This document shows, one piece after another, positions 19,465 through 29,465 of a stretch of DNA of 64,000 bases. Within the stretch, counting starts at the first letter, position 1. Each line of letters opens with the position of its first letter. The position numbers and the translations under genes were made by a program. Source of the stretch: Dehalococcoidia bacterium (GTDB lineage Bacteria > Chloroflexota > Dehalococcoidia > Plut-88900); assembly GCA_965197645.1 (NCBI GenBank), contig OZ240219.1, positions 2,016,001 through 2,080,000 on the forward strand, read 5' to 3'. The notes under the pieces were generated by a model. The model was not told the DNA's origin, ran no database searches, and saw only the letters and a program-made list of their open reading frames with translations.

Positions 19465-21432
19465 TCATAGCCCGCCCATTACCACCGCTGACGTTCCCTC
19501 ACTGGTCAGCGACTCCGCGTAGCCCGCGTCGTCGGTGAAGGTGACCCGCACCTTGATGACCTTGCCGTTTTCAGATGCCTGGACCGTGTAGATGGAGTTC
19601 GTCGCGTCGTTGATCTCGGTGTCGTCGGCCAGCCACTGGTAGCTGTACGTCACGTTAGTCAGCCCGTCGGCGTCAGAGATTCCGGACGTGCCTGCCGTCA
19701 GGGTCTGGCCCACCTGCGCAGTGCCGCTAATGTTGGGAGCGCCGGTTGCCGGAGTGTTGGCATGCGACGCAGACGAGAGGGTGAGGCTATCGCCAAGGCC
19801 GGTCTGGATGCCCTGGTATGAACCCCCCAGGAAGGCGGAGGCAACCACGGAGACCGTCACGCCGTCGTCATCGCTTATCGGGGAGGTGATGACACCGCTC
19901 GCCTGATCGCCGCCGTTTACGGAGACGATCAGGTTGGAAGAAAGCGCCCCGGCCTTGAAGTTCAGGGTGACCGACATGTTGAAGGGCGCTCCCTCGGCGA
20001 CCTTGACCACCACGCCGTTGTCGCCCCGCTGCTCCAGCTCTGCGGTGAACGTGAAGGGGGACCCCGGGTTGTTCGCCAGGTAGAGGATTTCCAGGTTTCC
20101 AAGGTCCTGAAAAATCCCATCGGGCAACGCGCTCAATTTGTTGTTGGTGAATATCAACCTGTCGAGGTTGGTGAGGCCGTCGAACAGGTCCTCGGGCAAT
20201 GCAGTAATCGGGTTGGTGGAGAGCACTATGTTTTCCAGGCTGTCGAGGCCATCGAAGATGTCTTCGTCCAGCTCACTTAGCTGGTTGTTGTGCAGACGCA
20301 GGTCCGTTAAGCTGCTCAGTCCGTCGAATACCTCCTTGTGCAGCTCCCTTATCTGGTTAGTTCCCCCCAAGGCCAGGATCTGCAGGCTGGTCAGTCCGTC
20401 GAATACGTCCTCGGGCAGTGCCGTCAGGTCGAGGAACAGGTACAGCCGTTGCAGATTGCCGAGTCCCTCGAATACGTCCTCGGGCACCGACCTGATATAG
20501 GAGGAGCCGGTCGGTTGAAGCCACGTCATGGAGCTGAGTCCAGCAAAATCCCCGGACTTGATGGACGTGGCGCTTGTGAAGCTGACGACCAACTTGGTTA
20601 TGCCGGCCAGGTGTGAGTCGGTGACATTGGCGCAGTCGCTGACGTCGGACAGCTTGGCGAGAATGGCGTCCCGCACTTCCTGGGTCCGGCCGCAGATGCC
20701 CAGAGGAGCGGCCAGGGTGAGTTCAAGATCGTCGGCCTCCTCCCACGTGAGGCCAAAGTAGCTTGAATAGTCGGTGGCGCCGAAGTCGGAGGACTCCACG
20801 CTCACTGTTACCTGCACGTCGGCGGTCTGTACCAGGCTCTGGTCGCTGGGCGAGACGCTGACTGACTCGCTCTTGAGGCTGCCTCCCTCAACTGTGACCG
20901 TCGTCGAGGACAGTGTGCCGCCTTCGGCGGACAGCGTGATTTCCATGTCGAAGGGCGCGCCCTCGGCGACCTTGACCACCACCGAGTTCGAGCCCTCCTG
21001 CTCCAGCGTCATCGTGAGGCTGAAGGGAGACCCCGTATTGAAGTTCAGCCACAGGGTGTCTAGGCTTTCGAGGCCCTCGAAGATGCCGTCCGGTAGGTCG
21101 CTCAGGTCGTTGGTGTCGAGGTAGAGCTGCTCCAGGCCGCTCAGCCCCTGGAAGTCTCCGGCCTTGAGCGCAGAGATGCTCTTGTTGGAAAGGGTCAGGT
21201 CGCCCGTTATGCCCGCCAGGTGTGAGTCGGTGACATTGGCGCAGTCGCTGACGTCGGACAGCTTGGCGAGAATGGCGTCCCGCACTTCCTGGGTGCGGTT
21301 GCAGATGCCGGAAGACTGGGCGAGGACCGTACTGCTCGGCGGGACGGCCATTGAGACGGCAACGACGGCCGCCACCAGCAGGGCCATTGCCGCCACGGTC
21401 TTGATTCGCAGTTTGGGTCTTCGAAACCTCAT
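19465..21432 (-). CDS. Secreted LRR + Ig-like repeat protein ending in -MGGL
   Basis: Signal peptide, two GICxRTQEVRDAIL-capped LRR modules, one TGAPxISGTAQVG repeat. Confidence 0.9.
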   Translation of the reverse strand: MRFRRPKLRIKTVAAMALLVAAVVAVSMAVPPSSTVLAQSSGICNRTQEVRDAILAKLSDVSDCANVTDSHLAGITGDLTLSNKSISALKAGDFQGLSGLEQLYLDTNDLSDLPDGIFEGLESLDTLWLNFNTGSPFSLTMTLEQEGSNSVVVKVAEGAPFDMEITLSAEGGTLSSTTVTVEGGSLKSESVSVSPSDQSLVQTADVQVTVSVESSDFGATDYSSYFGLTWEEADDLELTLAAPLGICGRTQEVRDAILAKLSDVSDCANVTDSHLAGITKLVVSFTSATSIKSGDFAGLSSMTWLQPTGSSYIRSVPEDVFEGLGNLQRLYLFLDLTALPEDVFDGLTSLQILALGGTNQIRELHKEVFDGLSSLTDLRLHNNQLSELDEDIFDGLDSLENIVLSTNPITALPEDLFDGLTNLDRLIFTNNKLSALPDGIFQDLGNLEILYLANNPGSPFTFTAELEQRGDNGVVVKVAEGAPFNMSVTLNFKAGALSSNLIVSVNGGDQASGVITSPISDDDGVTVSVVASAFLGGSYQGIQTGLGDSLTLSSASHANTPATGAPNISGTAQVGQTLTAGTSGISDADGLTNVTYSYQWLADDTEINDATNSIYTVQASENGKVIKVRVTFTDDAGYAESLTSEGTSAVVMGGL

Positions 21433-21540
21433 AGCTCCCCTCCTAGGTCAGGGACAGGTCCTGCGGCACAACTACCCTTACTTTGAGTGGGGTGCCAGCC
21501 TTAAGCTCCGCCTGTCAGCTGATCGGTATTGCCCATGAAA

Positions 21541-21585
21541 ACACTAGAGACCCTGCATCGATTTGGTAAGTGCATAATCACACTT
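21541..21585 (-). promoter_or_regulatory. Shared promoter copy 3 (-35 TTACCA / 17 bp / -10 TAGTGT) with AAGTG-N8-CACTT palindrome
   Basis: -10 at 21541-21546, -35 at 21564-21569, palindrome at 21568-21585. Confidence 0.65.
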
Positions 21586-21980
21586 CTTGCTGAGGTAATT
21601 TGGACGGCACTTTGTTTGTTCTGAGGGAGAGTGTTTCTACAACTTTTTGCTCTTGATGGCATAGACGAAAGTGGCTTAGATTTAGTAGTCATAACCACAC
21701 CGCCGTCACACTCAATGTTCGCACGCGCATACCGGAGAAGAGATGTCTCAGGCACATTGCCGAAGCCGGGCCTTCAGTCTTGCGAAGCTGGCGTACCGGC
21801 CTGCGGGTTGGCTGGAGGGCTACGCCGTGTATGCGCCGCTATTCCAGGTGCAAAGGCCGCGGGTAGGCCAGCGCGAGGTTGTTGCGACAGGCCCGCCGGC
21901 GGACAGTTCTCATCTATTGGGGCTCCGGCGTCGCCTCACACCAGGGGTAGGTTGGGTGTTGGAGTAGGGGCCTGTACTTT

Positions 21981-23198
21981 ATGAAGGCATCGTTCGGCGC
22001 AATACAGACGCGGCTCCTCCAGATGCTCTGGCTCGACCCGGACGAGGCATCGTACGCCGCCAACATTACGGTGTGGTTACGCTGGCTCTTCTGGGTCGGC
22101 GCCGTGATCGAGCTCGCCTATCGACCGGCGTTCACGCATGCCAAGTACATTCCGTTCATGCTCATGCACGTGCCGCTGGTCGCACTCAACGGCTACGTGC
22201 ACTACCGTCTGCTCTCCCGGCGCAGGGTGACGTGGCGTCACCTGCTACTCCTCAGCGCCATGGACATAGCCCTGATCACGGCCAGCGTCGTCGTCGACGG
22301 GGGTTTCGACAACTTCCTGTACATTCCCTACTATCCCGCCCTCGCCGCTTTCGCCGCCGTCTTCACCTCCGCTCTGCTGAATCTCGCCTGGACCACGGTC
22401 ACCGCCTCCATATATGTCGGCGTGAGCCTGACCGTCGGCTCGGGCGTGGCCTTCGATGGGACCAACGAGAAGATGCTGTTCTCCAGGGTGCTCGCGATGT
22501 TCGGGGTGGTCATGGTTGTCAACTTCATCACCCGGTTTCAACGGCGCAGGGCCATAGCGGCGATGGAAAGGGAAGGGGAGCTGCAACGGGAACGGATCGA
22601 GCTCTCCCAGGCCATTCACGATACGGCCGCCCAGACCGCCTTCATGATCGGCCTGGGGATAGACGCGGCCAAACGGGTTGCCGGAGACTCGAACGAGGAG
22701 CTCACCGCCAGGCTCGATGCGACATCACGGCTTTCCAAGACCGCCGTGTGGCAGCTGAGACACCCGATAGACATGGGCCGCATATTCGAGGGCAGTGAGT
22801 TGGGCTGGACCCTGGACTCGCACGTTGCGACGTTCAGGTCCATCACGTCGGTGTCGGCGGAGCTGACCCAGAACGGGGTGGAGCCGCCACTTTCAGTAGA
22901 GGTCAGGAGTCTCCTGTTCTCCATTGCCCACAACGCCCTCGCCAACGCCTTACGCCATGCCGGGGCGAGCCGGGTGCTGGTCGGTCTCGACTTCGGACGG
23001 GACGAGCTCAGGCTGTCGGTGTCGGACGACGGGGTGGGACTTCCCGACGACTACGAGGAGCGGGGCCACGGCTTCGCAAACATGCGGGCGTACGCAGGGC
23101 GTCTGGGCGGACGCCTCATCGTCGAGCCCAGGGGAGCGGCAGGGGGCGCCAGCGTGACCTGCGTGATGCCGTTGGTTCGCGGCGGAAAGGAGGGATAG
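21981..23198 (+). CDS. Membrane sensor histidine kinase (HisKA_3/NarX-type)
   Basis: About 6 TM helices, H-box ELSQAIHDTAAQ, N-box ALANALRHA, G-boxes DDGVG and GHGFANM. Confidence 0.9.
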   Translation: MKASFGAIQTRLLQMLWLDPDEASYAANITVWLRWLFWVGAVIELAYRPAFTHAKYIPFMLMHVPLVALNGYVHYRLLSRRRVTWRHLLLLSAMDIALITASVVVDGGFDNFLYIPYYPALAAFAAVFTSALLNLAWTTVTASIYVGVSLTVGSGVAFDGTNEKMLFSRVLAMFGVVMVVNFITRFQRRRAIAAMEREGELQRERIELSQAIHDTAAQTAFMIGLGIDAAKRVAGDSNEELTARLDATSRLSKTAVWQLRHPIDMGRIFEGSELGWTLDSHVATFRSITSVSAELTQNGVEPPLSVEVRSLLFSIAHNALANALRHAGASRVLVGLDFGRDELRLSVSDDGVGLPDDYEERGHGFANMRAYAGRLGGRLIVEPRGAAGGASVTCVMPLVRGGKEG

Positions 23199-23199
23199 A

Positions 23200-23853
23200 T
23201 TGTCAGCGGAGTCTCGTCGCATAAGGGTGCTGCTCGCCGACGACCATGCGGTCACGCGGGAAGGGCTTCAGTCGATTCTGGAGCGGTCTGAGGAGTTCGA
23301 GGTGGTGGGCCAGGCCAGGGACGGAGTGGAGGCGGTGAAGGCGGCCTCCGAGTTGTCGCCCGACCTGATCGTCATGGATGTCATGATGCCCAGGAAGGAC
23401 GGGGTGGAAGCGTGCCGGGAGATCATGGAGTCTCTGCCGGACACACGGGTGCTCATGCTGACCGCCTCCACGGAGGCGAACGCCGTGATAGAGGCGGTGG
23501 CCGCCGGTGCGGCCGGCTATCTTCAGAAGGTGGCCGGGATGGACCAGGTCCTGGGCATGATGAGGAGCGCGGCTGCGGGCGAGGGGCGGCTGCCGACCGA
23601 GGTGGTGAGGCGCGTGTTCCACAGGATGCGGAGCGAGGCGAAGTCGAAGCAGCAGATCGACCTGACCCAGAGGGAGAAGGAGATACTTGTGTCATTCTGC
23701 CGGGGCATGTCCTACGTTGCGATTGCCAATGCACGAGAAGTCAAGGTGGTCACCGTCCGAAACGCCATCTACACCATTCAGGTGAAGCTGGGCCTCGACT
23801 CGAAGCAGGAGGTCGTGGTGTGGGCCGCGCAGAACGGGCTCCTGGATGATTGA
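23200..23853 (+). CDS. NarL/LuxR-family response regulator
   Basis: Receiver motifs LLADDH and VMDVMMP; C-terminal HTH beginning LTQREKEIL. Adjacent to the kinase. Confidence 0.92.
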   Translation: MSAESRRIRVLLADDHAVTREGLQSILERSEEFEVVGQARDGVEAVKAASELSPDLIVMDVMMPRKDGVEACREIMESLPDTRVLMLTASTEANAVIEAVAAGAAGYLQKVAGMDQVLGMMRSAAAGEGRLPTEVVRRVFHRMRSEAKSKQQIDLTQREKEILVSFCRGMSYVAIANAREVKVVTVRNAIYTIQVKLGLDSKQEVVVWAAQNGLLDD

Positions 23854-23908
23854 CGGCATGGGTTGGGCGTAAGGTCATTCGACCCAACCCCTGTAAAAGG
23901 ATTATTCA

Positions 23909-25009
23909 ATGAATCACTTCGTTTTGGATGCCAATACCGTGATTGCAGAACAGTACGGAGCTAGTGCTCACATAAGCGCTCTACTGTCTGCCTCAAGTGC
24001 CGTTGGGTTCCAAGTCCACCTCCTCAAGGTCGCCCTGGAGGAAATTGCCGCGAAATACGAAAGGGAACTGTCGAAGAATACGAAAGAAGCAGGCCGAAGT
24101 CTATCGAGACTGTCCTCGTTATTGGGTCGGTCTATAGAATCCCCCGTGGAGGGGTTCGATTCCAAGGAAGAAACAAAAGCATTTCGAGAGAGGTTGCTGA
24201 GCCATCTAGGTAAGACGGAGTCGGGTATCATCGATTATCCTGACACGCTCCACGAAACATTGGTCAAACGAGCGACATCAAGAAAACGGCCGTTTGACGA
24301 CAATGGATCTGGGTATCGCGCCGCGCTCATTTGGGAATCAGTTCTTGATTTAGCCAAACAAGTAGAGGGTCCAATTGTCCTGGTTACCAAAGACAAGGAT
24401 TTTCGGGAAGGGTCAAGTAACCTTCATGGTGATCTCATCAAGGATCTGGAAAGACTCGGGTTGCCTGAAGACAAGGTTATATTGGCTACGGACCTGGCGG
24501 GACTAGTTGACCAACACGTACGTCCTAATCTGGGAATGCTGCCTTGGGACGACCCACTCCAATTCTTGGCTCAACGTGGGGTCGACTTGGAGGAGTCCAT
24601 AGCACTGATTCTATTGGACGCTTGTTCAGGCAAAGAATGGGAGCCACCGGAGTTGGGAATTCCGTGGGAGTATGAATCCCCCACGTTGGACATGATAGCT
24701 GATGTATCCGGCTTGACCGTGTTGGACATTCGACAGTTGAATTCAAGTCAGGTACTGGTCAAGGTCGAGGCCAACGTCATCGCGGAATTTGGGGTGCTTG
24801 TTTACAAGCCTGATTGGTACACTTCGGAGGACAGCAGGCTTACCGTAGTTGAGTTTGATTGGAATGACCATTATGTTTGGGCAGAGATTCGCTTGCCACT
24901 ACACTGCAATCTCGACTTGGTCATTGACGCCTCGAACCCAGAACAACAAGAAGTTCGGAATGTGTCTGTCGAATTTCAACCTACAGAATTTCCACCTATA
25001 GATTGGTAA
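23909..25009 (+). CDS. PIN-like domain protein (DUF4935-like)
   Basis: FVLDAN, RKRPF...GYRAALIWES, LVTKDKDF. Visibly more AT-rich than its neighbours. Confidence 0.7.
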   Translation: MNHFVLDANTVIAEQYGASAHISALLSASSAVGFQVHLLKVALEEIAAKYERELSKNTKEAGRSLSRLSSLLGRSIESPVEGFDSKEETKAFRERLLSHLGKTESGIIDYPDTLHETLVKRATSRKRPFDDNGSGYRAALIWESVLDLAKQVEGPIVLVTKDKDFREGSSNLHGDLIKDLERLGLPEDKVILATDLAGLVDQHVRPNLGMLPWDDPLQFLAQRGVDLEESIALILLDACSGKEWEPPELGIPWEYESPTLDMIADVSGLTVLDIRQLNSSQVLVKVEANVIAEFGVLVYKPDWYTSEDSRLTVVEFDWNDHYVWAEIRLPLHCNLDLVIDASNPEQQEVRNVSVEFQPTEFPPIDW

Positions 25010-25164
25010 GCGCATCCTGCAACTTACGGCGTAAACTGAGGTGGACCCACCCACGAGGATTCGAAGCGATCATCGGGGAGGATGTGGCATGCCTATTCAC
25101 TACCCGACTGCTTCCAATTCGACCGCCCAAGTGTACCGAAGTTGTCCGTTGCTATTGTGTAGCA

Positions 25165-25365
25165 CCCGTGAGCAGCGGAGAACAGCACACTTGCGCACTG
25201 TGGGAGGACGGCTCTGCGGTGTGCTGGGGCAATGATGAACTCGGGCAATCATCGCCGCCGGATGGAGAAACGTTCACCGCCATCAGCAGTGGTCATGGTC
25301 ACACCAGTCACACCTGCGGCATTACTCACGAAGGCGCAATCCTGTGCTGGGGTTGGGGACACTAA
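25165..25365 (+). pseudogene. Orphan fragment of an RCC1-like repeat protein (2 repeats)
   Basis: VSSGEQHTCALWEDGSAVCWGNDELGQSSPP..FTAISSG..HTCG..LCWG matches the repeats of 31245-34790. No credible start or signal peptide. Confidence 0.65.
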
Positions 25366-26808
25366 TGAATGATTGTTGAGGGGTCTCGCATCCGGGTTGA
25401 GGAACCTATGTTATCGTCCCGCAGTCCAGAAGTGGTGACCCAACCACACTGCTCGCCAACGGGCAATGGAACTCCAAGGAAGTGGGGAACCAGGCGATGA
25501 TCCTACTCATGAGAGACCCCGCCGCGAGTGAGACCATTGACCGGCGCCTAGGGTATGCCGAATCCTCATCGGTAGGCGAGTTCGACGACCTCGAGCGCTC
25601 TGTCCATTGACATGGTGTGTCGGCGGTCGAAGGATAGGATGCCCGGGCCTACATCGGCGAGCAGTTTCTGGGACTGAGGGAAATTACTTGTAGAACACTT
25701 CCACTGAGACGAAGTGCATGGTGAACTCGAGCCGCCTAAGAGCAGCGCGGGAAGCATAGAGACCCGGGCGCCTGAGGCTGGCACCCAAAACCTTACTGTA
25801 GACAGAACTTTTGATTCGGTGGCGCCACTGCGAGCATTCCGGCATCGTTCTAGTCTCACGGACCAGATCCTAACGCGGAGGTTTATCTTGTGCCAATCTG
25901 AGCGGTTGAGAGGCACCGTTTCAGAAAACCTGGGAATTGGAGGAGGCAAGATGTACTGTAATGCGAATGGTGACTCTTGGGAGACAAACGACACGCAACA
26001 GGTAGTGTTTGTGGATAGCCAATTTGGATATGATCGCGCAGGTAAAGCAGTTCGATCGCTACTCCCACGCAAAGACAGAGACTAACCGGGAAGACGGGCT
26101 CGACCCTAACACAATGTGTCCATGCTAATGGAGGTCGAGAGACCGAGGTAGTCGCTACAAAGGAGTTTCAGCCCTGTTTTAGCACGCAGCGAGAACGGCC
26201 ACCATACCCCGAATCAATGGTTAACTCAGCGGCTCTCCGGTAGCAATCAGTGAGGTCAACGGCAGCCGCTGCTGATGGACCCCGACTTCGCACTGCCGTA
26301 AGAGGTTAGACCGCAGCCGTACCTTGTCAATCTACCCAGTCCGCGTCGTTCCAACCGGCGGAAACCGACAGCCGTTTGGACATCGGGCTGCAAGAAGCTC
26401 GGGACTCGCATTCTTGGTATGCTGACTGGTGGCGCGAGAGCTGGAACGGACCGTAAGACCACTGGCCCATGGTTGAGTGCCTCTCGGATGGGGGCAACAT
26501 CGATTGGTTCAAGCAGCTTGGTCCCGTGTGGTGACAGCGGGTGGCGAACGGGACCGTCGTGGACTGCATTGAGACGACAGCGGCGGCTAGGGCCAAGCAG
26601 CGAGGCACCTCTGCCGCGCTCTTCAACATCGTCCCCATGTACAGCCAATGAATCGGGTGGCATCCGGGGTTCAAGACATTAAGAAGCACCAGCTAAGCGG
26701 TTGCTTGTATGCACCCCATCATCTCGCCTCCCTTGACCTTCATCGGCCACGACGAGCCGCGGGGGATTGGCTCTGCCGGTAGTATAATCCGGGGAGAGCA
26801 ATAGCCAG

Positions 26809-27474
26809 ATGTGTGGTAGATACAGTCTCATAGCCGACCCGAGTGACCTGGCCCACCGGTTCGAGTTCGACGACAGCGACTTCAGCTACGATCCCGCCTA
26901 CAACGTCGCACCCACCGAGTCGGTGCTTACCGTGAGGAATGTCGAAGGCCGGGAGGCGACCTTCATGCGCTGGGGGTTGATACCCTTCTGGGCCAAGGAC
27001 CCAAAGATCGGGGCCAGAATGATCAACGCGCGGGCGGAGACGGTTGCCGAGAAACCCGCCTTCCGCAATGCATTGAAAAGACGGCGGTGCCTGGTTCTAG
27101 CAGATGGCTATTACGAATGGCAAAAGACACCGGCGGGCAGGAGGCCCTATCGCATAATCATGAAGTCGGGACAGCCCTTCGCCTTTGCGGGGCTCTGGGA
27201 ATCGTGGAATGACCCCCAGGGTAAGATAGTACCCTCTTGCACCGTTATCACCACCGGAGTCAATGCCTTCCTTTCCCCCATCCACAATAGGATGCCCGTC
27301 ATCCTGTCTCGGGATATAGAGGGAGTTTGGTTGGACCACCGCATAGAGGACGCCGCCGACCTCATGGGTGTCCTCTCTTTCTATACCAAGGAAGCCTTGG
27401 ACGTCTATGAGGTCTCGACGCTGGTGAACAATGCACGCAACGATTCTCCAGAAGTCATCGCTCGTGTGGACTGA
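26809..27474 (+). CDS. yedK: SOS response-associated peptidase (SRAP/HMCES family, abasic-site protection)
   Basis: N-terminal MCGRY, YNVAPT, RWGLIP, INARAET, GYYEW, IHNRMP. Confidence 0.95.
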   Translation: MCGRYSLIADPSDLAHRFEFDDSDFSYDPAYNVAPTESVLTVRNVEGREATFMRWGLIPFWAKDPKIGARMINARAETVAEKPAFRNALKRRRCLVLADGYYEWQKTPAGRRPYRIIMKSGQPFAFAGLWESWNDPQGKIVPSCTVITTGVNAFLSPIHNRMPVILSRDIEGVWLDHRIEDAADLMGVLSFYTKEALDVYEVSTLVNNARNDSPEVIARVD

Positions 27475-27695
27475 TGTGTCTGAGATCCACAGGCGAGACA
27501 GCATCACGATTTGTAGTCGTCAAGTAAGTGCCCCTCATACCTGCGTCTAAGCTTGAGGATCGCAGCATTCAAACCGACAGGATAGATGGTCAAAGGCGGC
27601 AACGAGTCGATGCTGCCAGAGAGCGCCAAGCTCGGTGACGGGACCGAGTAGTTTCGAAAGGCCCTCGCTGGCGGGTAGGGTTGAGAAACACCGTG

Positions 27696-29465
27696 ATGCT
27701 CAGGCTTCTTAGCGTAACCAACTTCGCCACCATAGATCAGCTCGAAATGGAGTTGGCGCCCGGCTTCAATGTGCTGACCGGGGAGACCGGGGCCGGCAAG
27801 TCCATCATCGTGGATGCGCTGAGCCTTCTCCTGGGGGGCCGCGCCGACGACGGCATGGTACGCTCCGGGGCACGCCAGTCCCGAGTAGAGGGCATCTTCC
27901 TGCTCGACAGCGATCTGGCCCATAGAATCAACGTTGCCTTTGATGAATACGAGATTGACGACGGCGAAGGAGAGTTGATTCTCACTCGCGAGGTCAACCT
28001 GGATGGACGAAATACGTGCCGTGTGAACGGACGAATCGTACCCCTCAAGATATTGAGCGCTCTGGCCGAAAACCTAGTGGACATCCACGGCCAAAATCAG
28101 CACCTGTCACTACTCCGTGTAGGTGAGCACCTGGACATACTGGACCGGTATGGCGGGCTGGGCCAGCTTCCGGCCCAGGTGTCGGAGCGGGTCCACCAAC
28201 TAACGGAGATGCGGAGGGAGCTGGGCCAGCTCCAGGCTGAAGAGCAGCAACTTGCCCAACGGATCGATTTTCTAAGGTATCAGGTGGAAGAGATCGGAGC
28301 TGCCAATGTTCGCCTGGCTGAAGACGAAGACCTGGCCCAGGAGCGAGACCGGATCGCCAACGCGGAACGAATCATCGCCCTGTCCGACCATGCCTATCGA
28401 GCGCTGTACGATAGCATCGACCGGCAAGAATCGGCAATCGACCTCATGGGACAGGTGGCCCATGACCTCGCCCAGCTAGAGCAATTGGACCCCTCAATGA
28501 GCCCGCACGGCGAGTCGGTAGACACCTTGACACATCAGCTAGACCAGCTAGCGCGTACGCTTCGGAGCTATCGTGACAGCATCGAATACAACCCGGCCCG
28601 TCTTCATGAGCTCGAGGAGCGATTGGACTTGATCACGGGCCTGAAGAGGAAGTACGGCGGCACCATCGAGGAGGTCCTAGGCTTCGCCGAGAGAGCCTCT
28701 GAAGACCTTGAGGGTCTATACCACAGCGAACGGCGAGCGGAGGAGTTGAAGCCCCGGGAGTTGGAGCTTCGAGGGGAGGTCGGAAGGCTGGCGGGACAAC
28801 TCTCCGACGCCCGGCGGCATGCAGCCAAGCGCCTGGCTACTGCCATCGAGGAGGAGATCGCCGGGCTGGCAGTGAATCATACGCAGGTACACGTGGATAT
28901 CCGCCAGTCAGCTTCGAAGGATGGTGTGCCTGTTGAGACTGGAGACTCCTGTTCTAACTGCACGCCTGCAGGCGGAGAAGGCGTCAGGCGCTTCGCTTTC
29001 AACGACACGGGTATAGACTCCGTCGAGTTCTTGATCTCACTGAACCTGGGCGAACCGCCACGGCCTCTGGCCAAGATCGCCTCCGGCGGGGAAGCAGCCA
29101 GACTGATGCTCGCCGTAAAGACCATCCTGTCCAGCGCCGACCGGATTCCGGTTCTGGTGTTCGACGAGATAGACGCGGGCATAGGGGGTCGAATGGGGAG
29201 TGTGCTGGGCCGGAAACTATGGGATCTGTCCGAGAGCCGTCAGGTGTTGTGCGTAACCCATCTCCCTCAGTTAGCGTGCTACGCCGACCGGCACGTCAGG
29301 GTTGCGAAGCATTCGGGCCATGACAGAACCGTGACCTCCGTGGAGATTTTGACCGAGGAGGCCAAGGTGACGGAGCTTGGCCAGATGCTCGGCTCCGACA
29401 GCGGTGTATCCCGCAGCAATGCCCAAGAGATGCTGGAGCAAGCGATGAGGTGGAAGGAGGGTTGA
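27696..29465 (+). CDS. recN: DNA repair protein RecN
   Basis: NFATID, LTGETGAGKSI, DIHGQNQH, ASGGE, FDEIDAGIGG, CVTHLPQ. Start placed at ATG 27696 (track gives 27681). Confidence 0.95.
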   Translation: MLRLLSVTNFATIDQLEMELAPGFNVLTGETGAGKSIIVDALSLLLGGRADDGMVRSGARQSRVEGIFLLDSDLAHRINVAFDEYEIDDGEGELILTREVNLDGRNTCRVNGRIVPLKILSALAENLVDIHGQNQHLSLLRVGEHLDILDRYGGLGQLPAQVSERVHQLTEMRRELGQLQAEEQQLAQRIDFLRYQVEEIGAANVRLAEDEDLAQERDRIANAERIIALSDHAYRALYDSIDRQESAIDLMGQVAHDLAQLEQLDPSMSPHGESVDTLTHQLDQLARTLRSYRDSIEYNPARLHELEERLDLITGLKRKYGGTIEEVLGFAERASEDLEGLYHSERRAEELKPRELELRGEVGRLAGQLSDARRHAAKRLATAIEEEIAGLAVNHTQVHVDIRQSASKDGVPVETGDSCSNCTPAGGEGVRRFAFNDTGIDSVEFLISLNLGEPPRPLAKIASGGEAARLMLAVKTILSSADRIPVLVFDEIDAGIGGRMGSVLGRKLWDLSESRQVLCVTHLPQLACYADRHVRVAKHSGHDRTVTSVEILTEEAKVTELGQMLGSDSGVSRSNAQEMLEQAMRWKEG

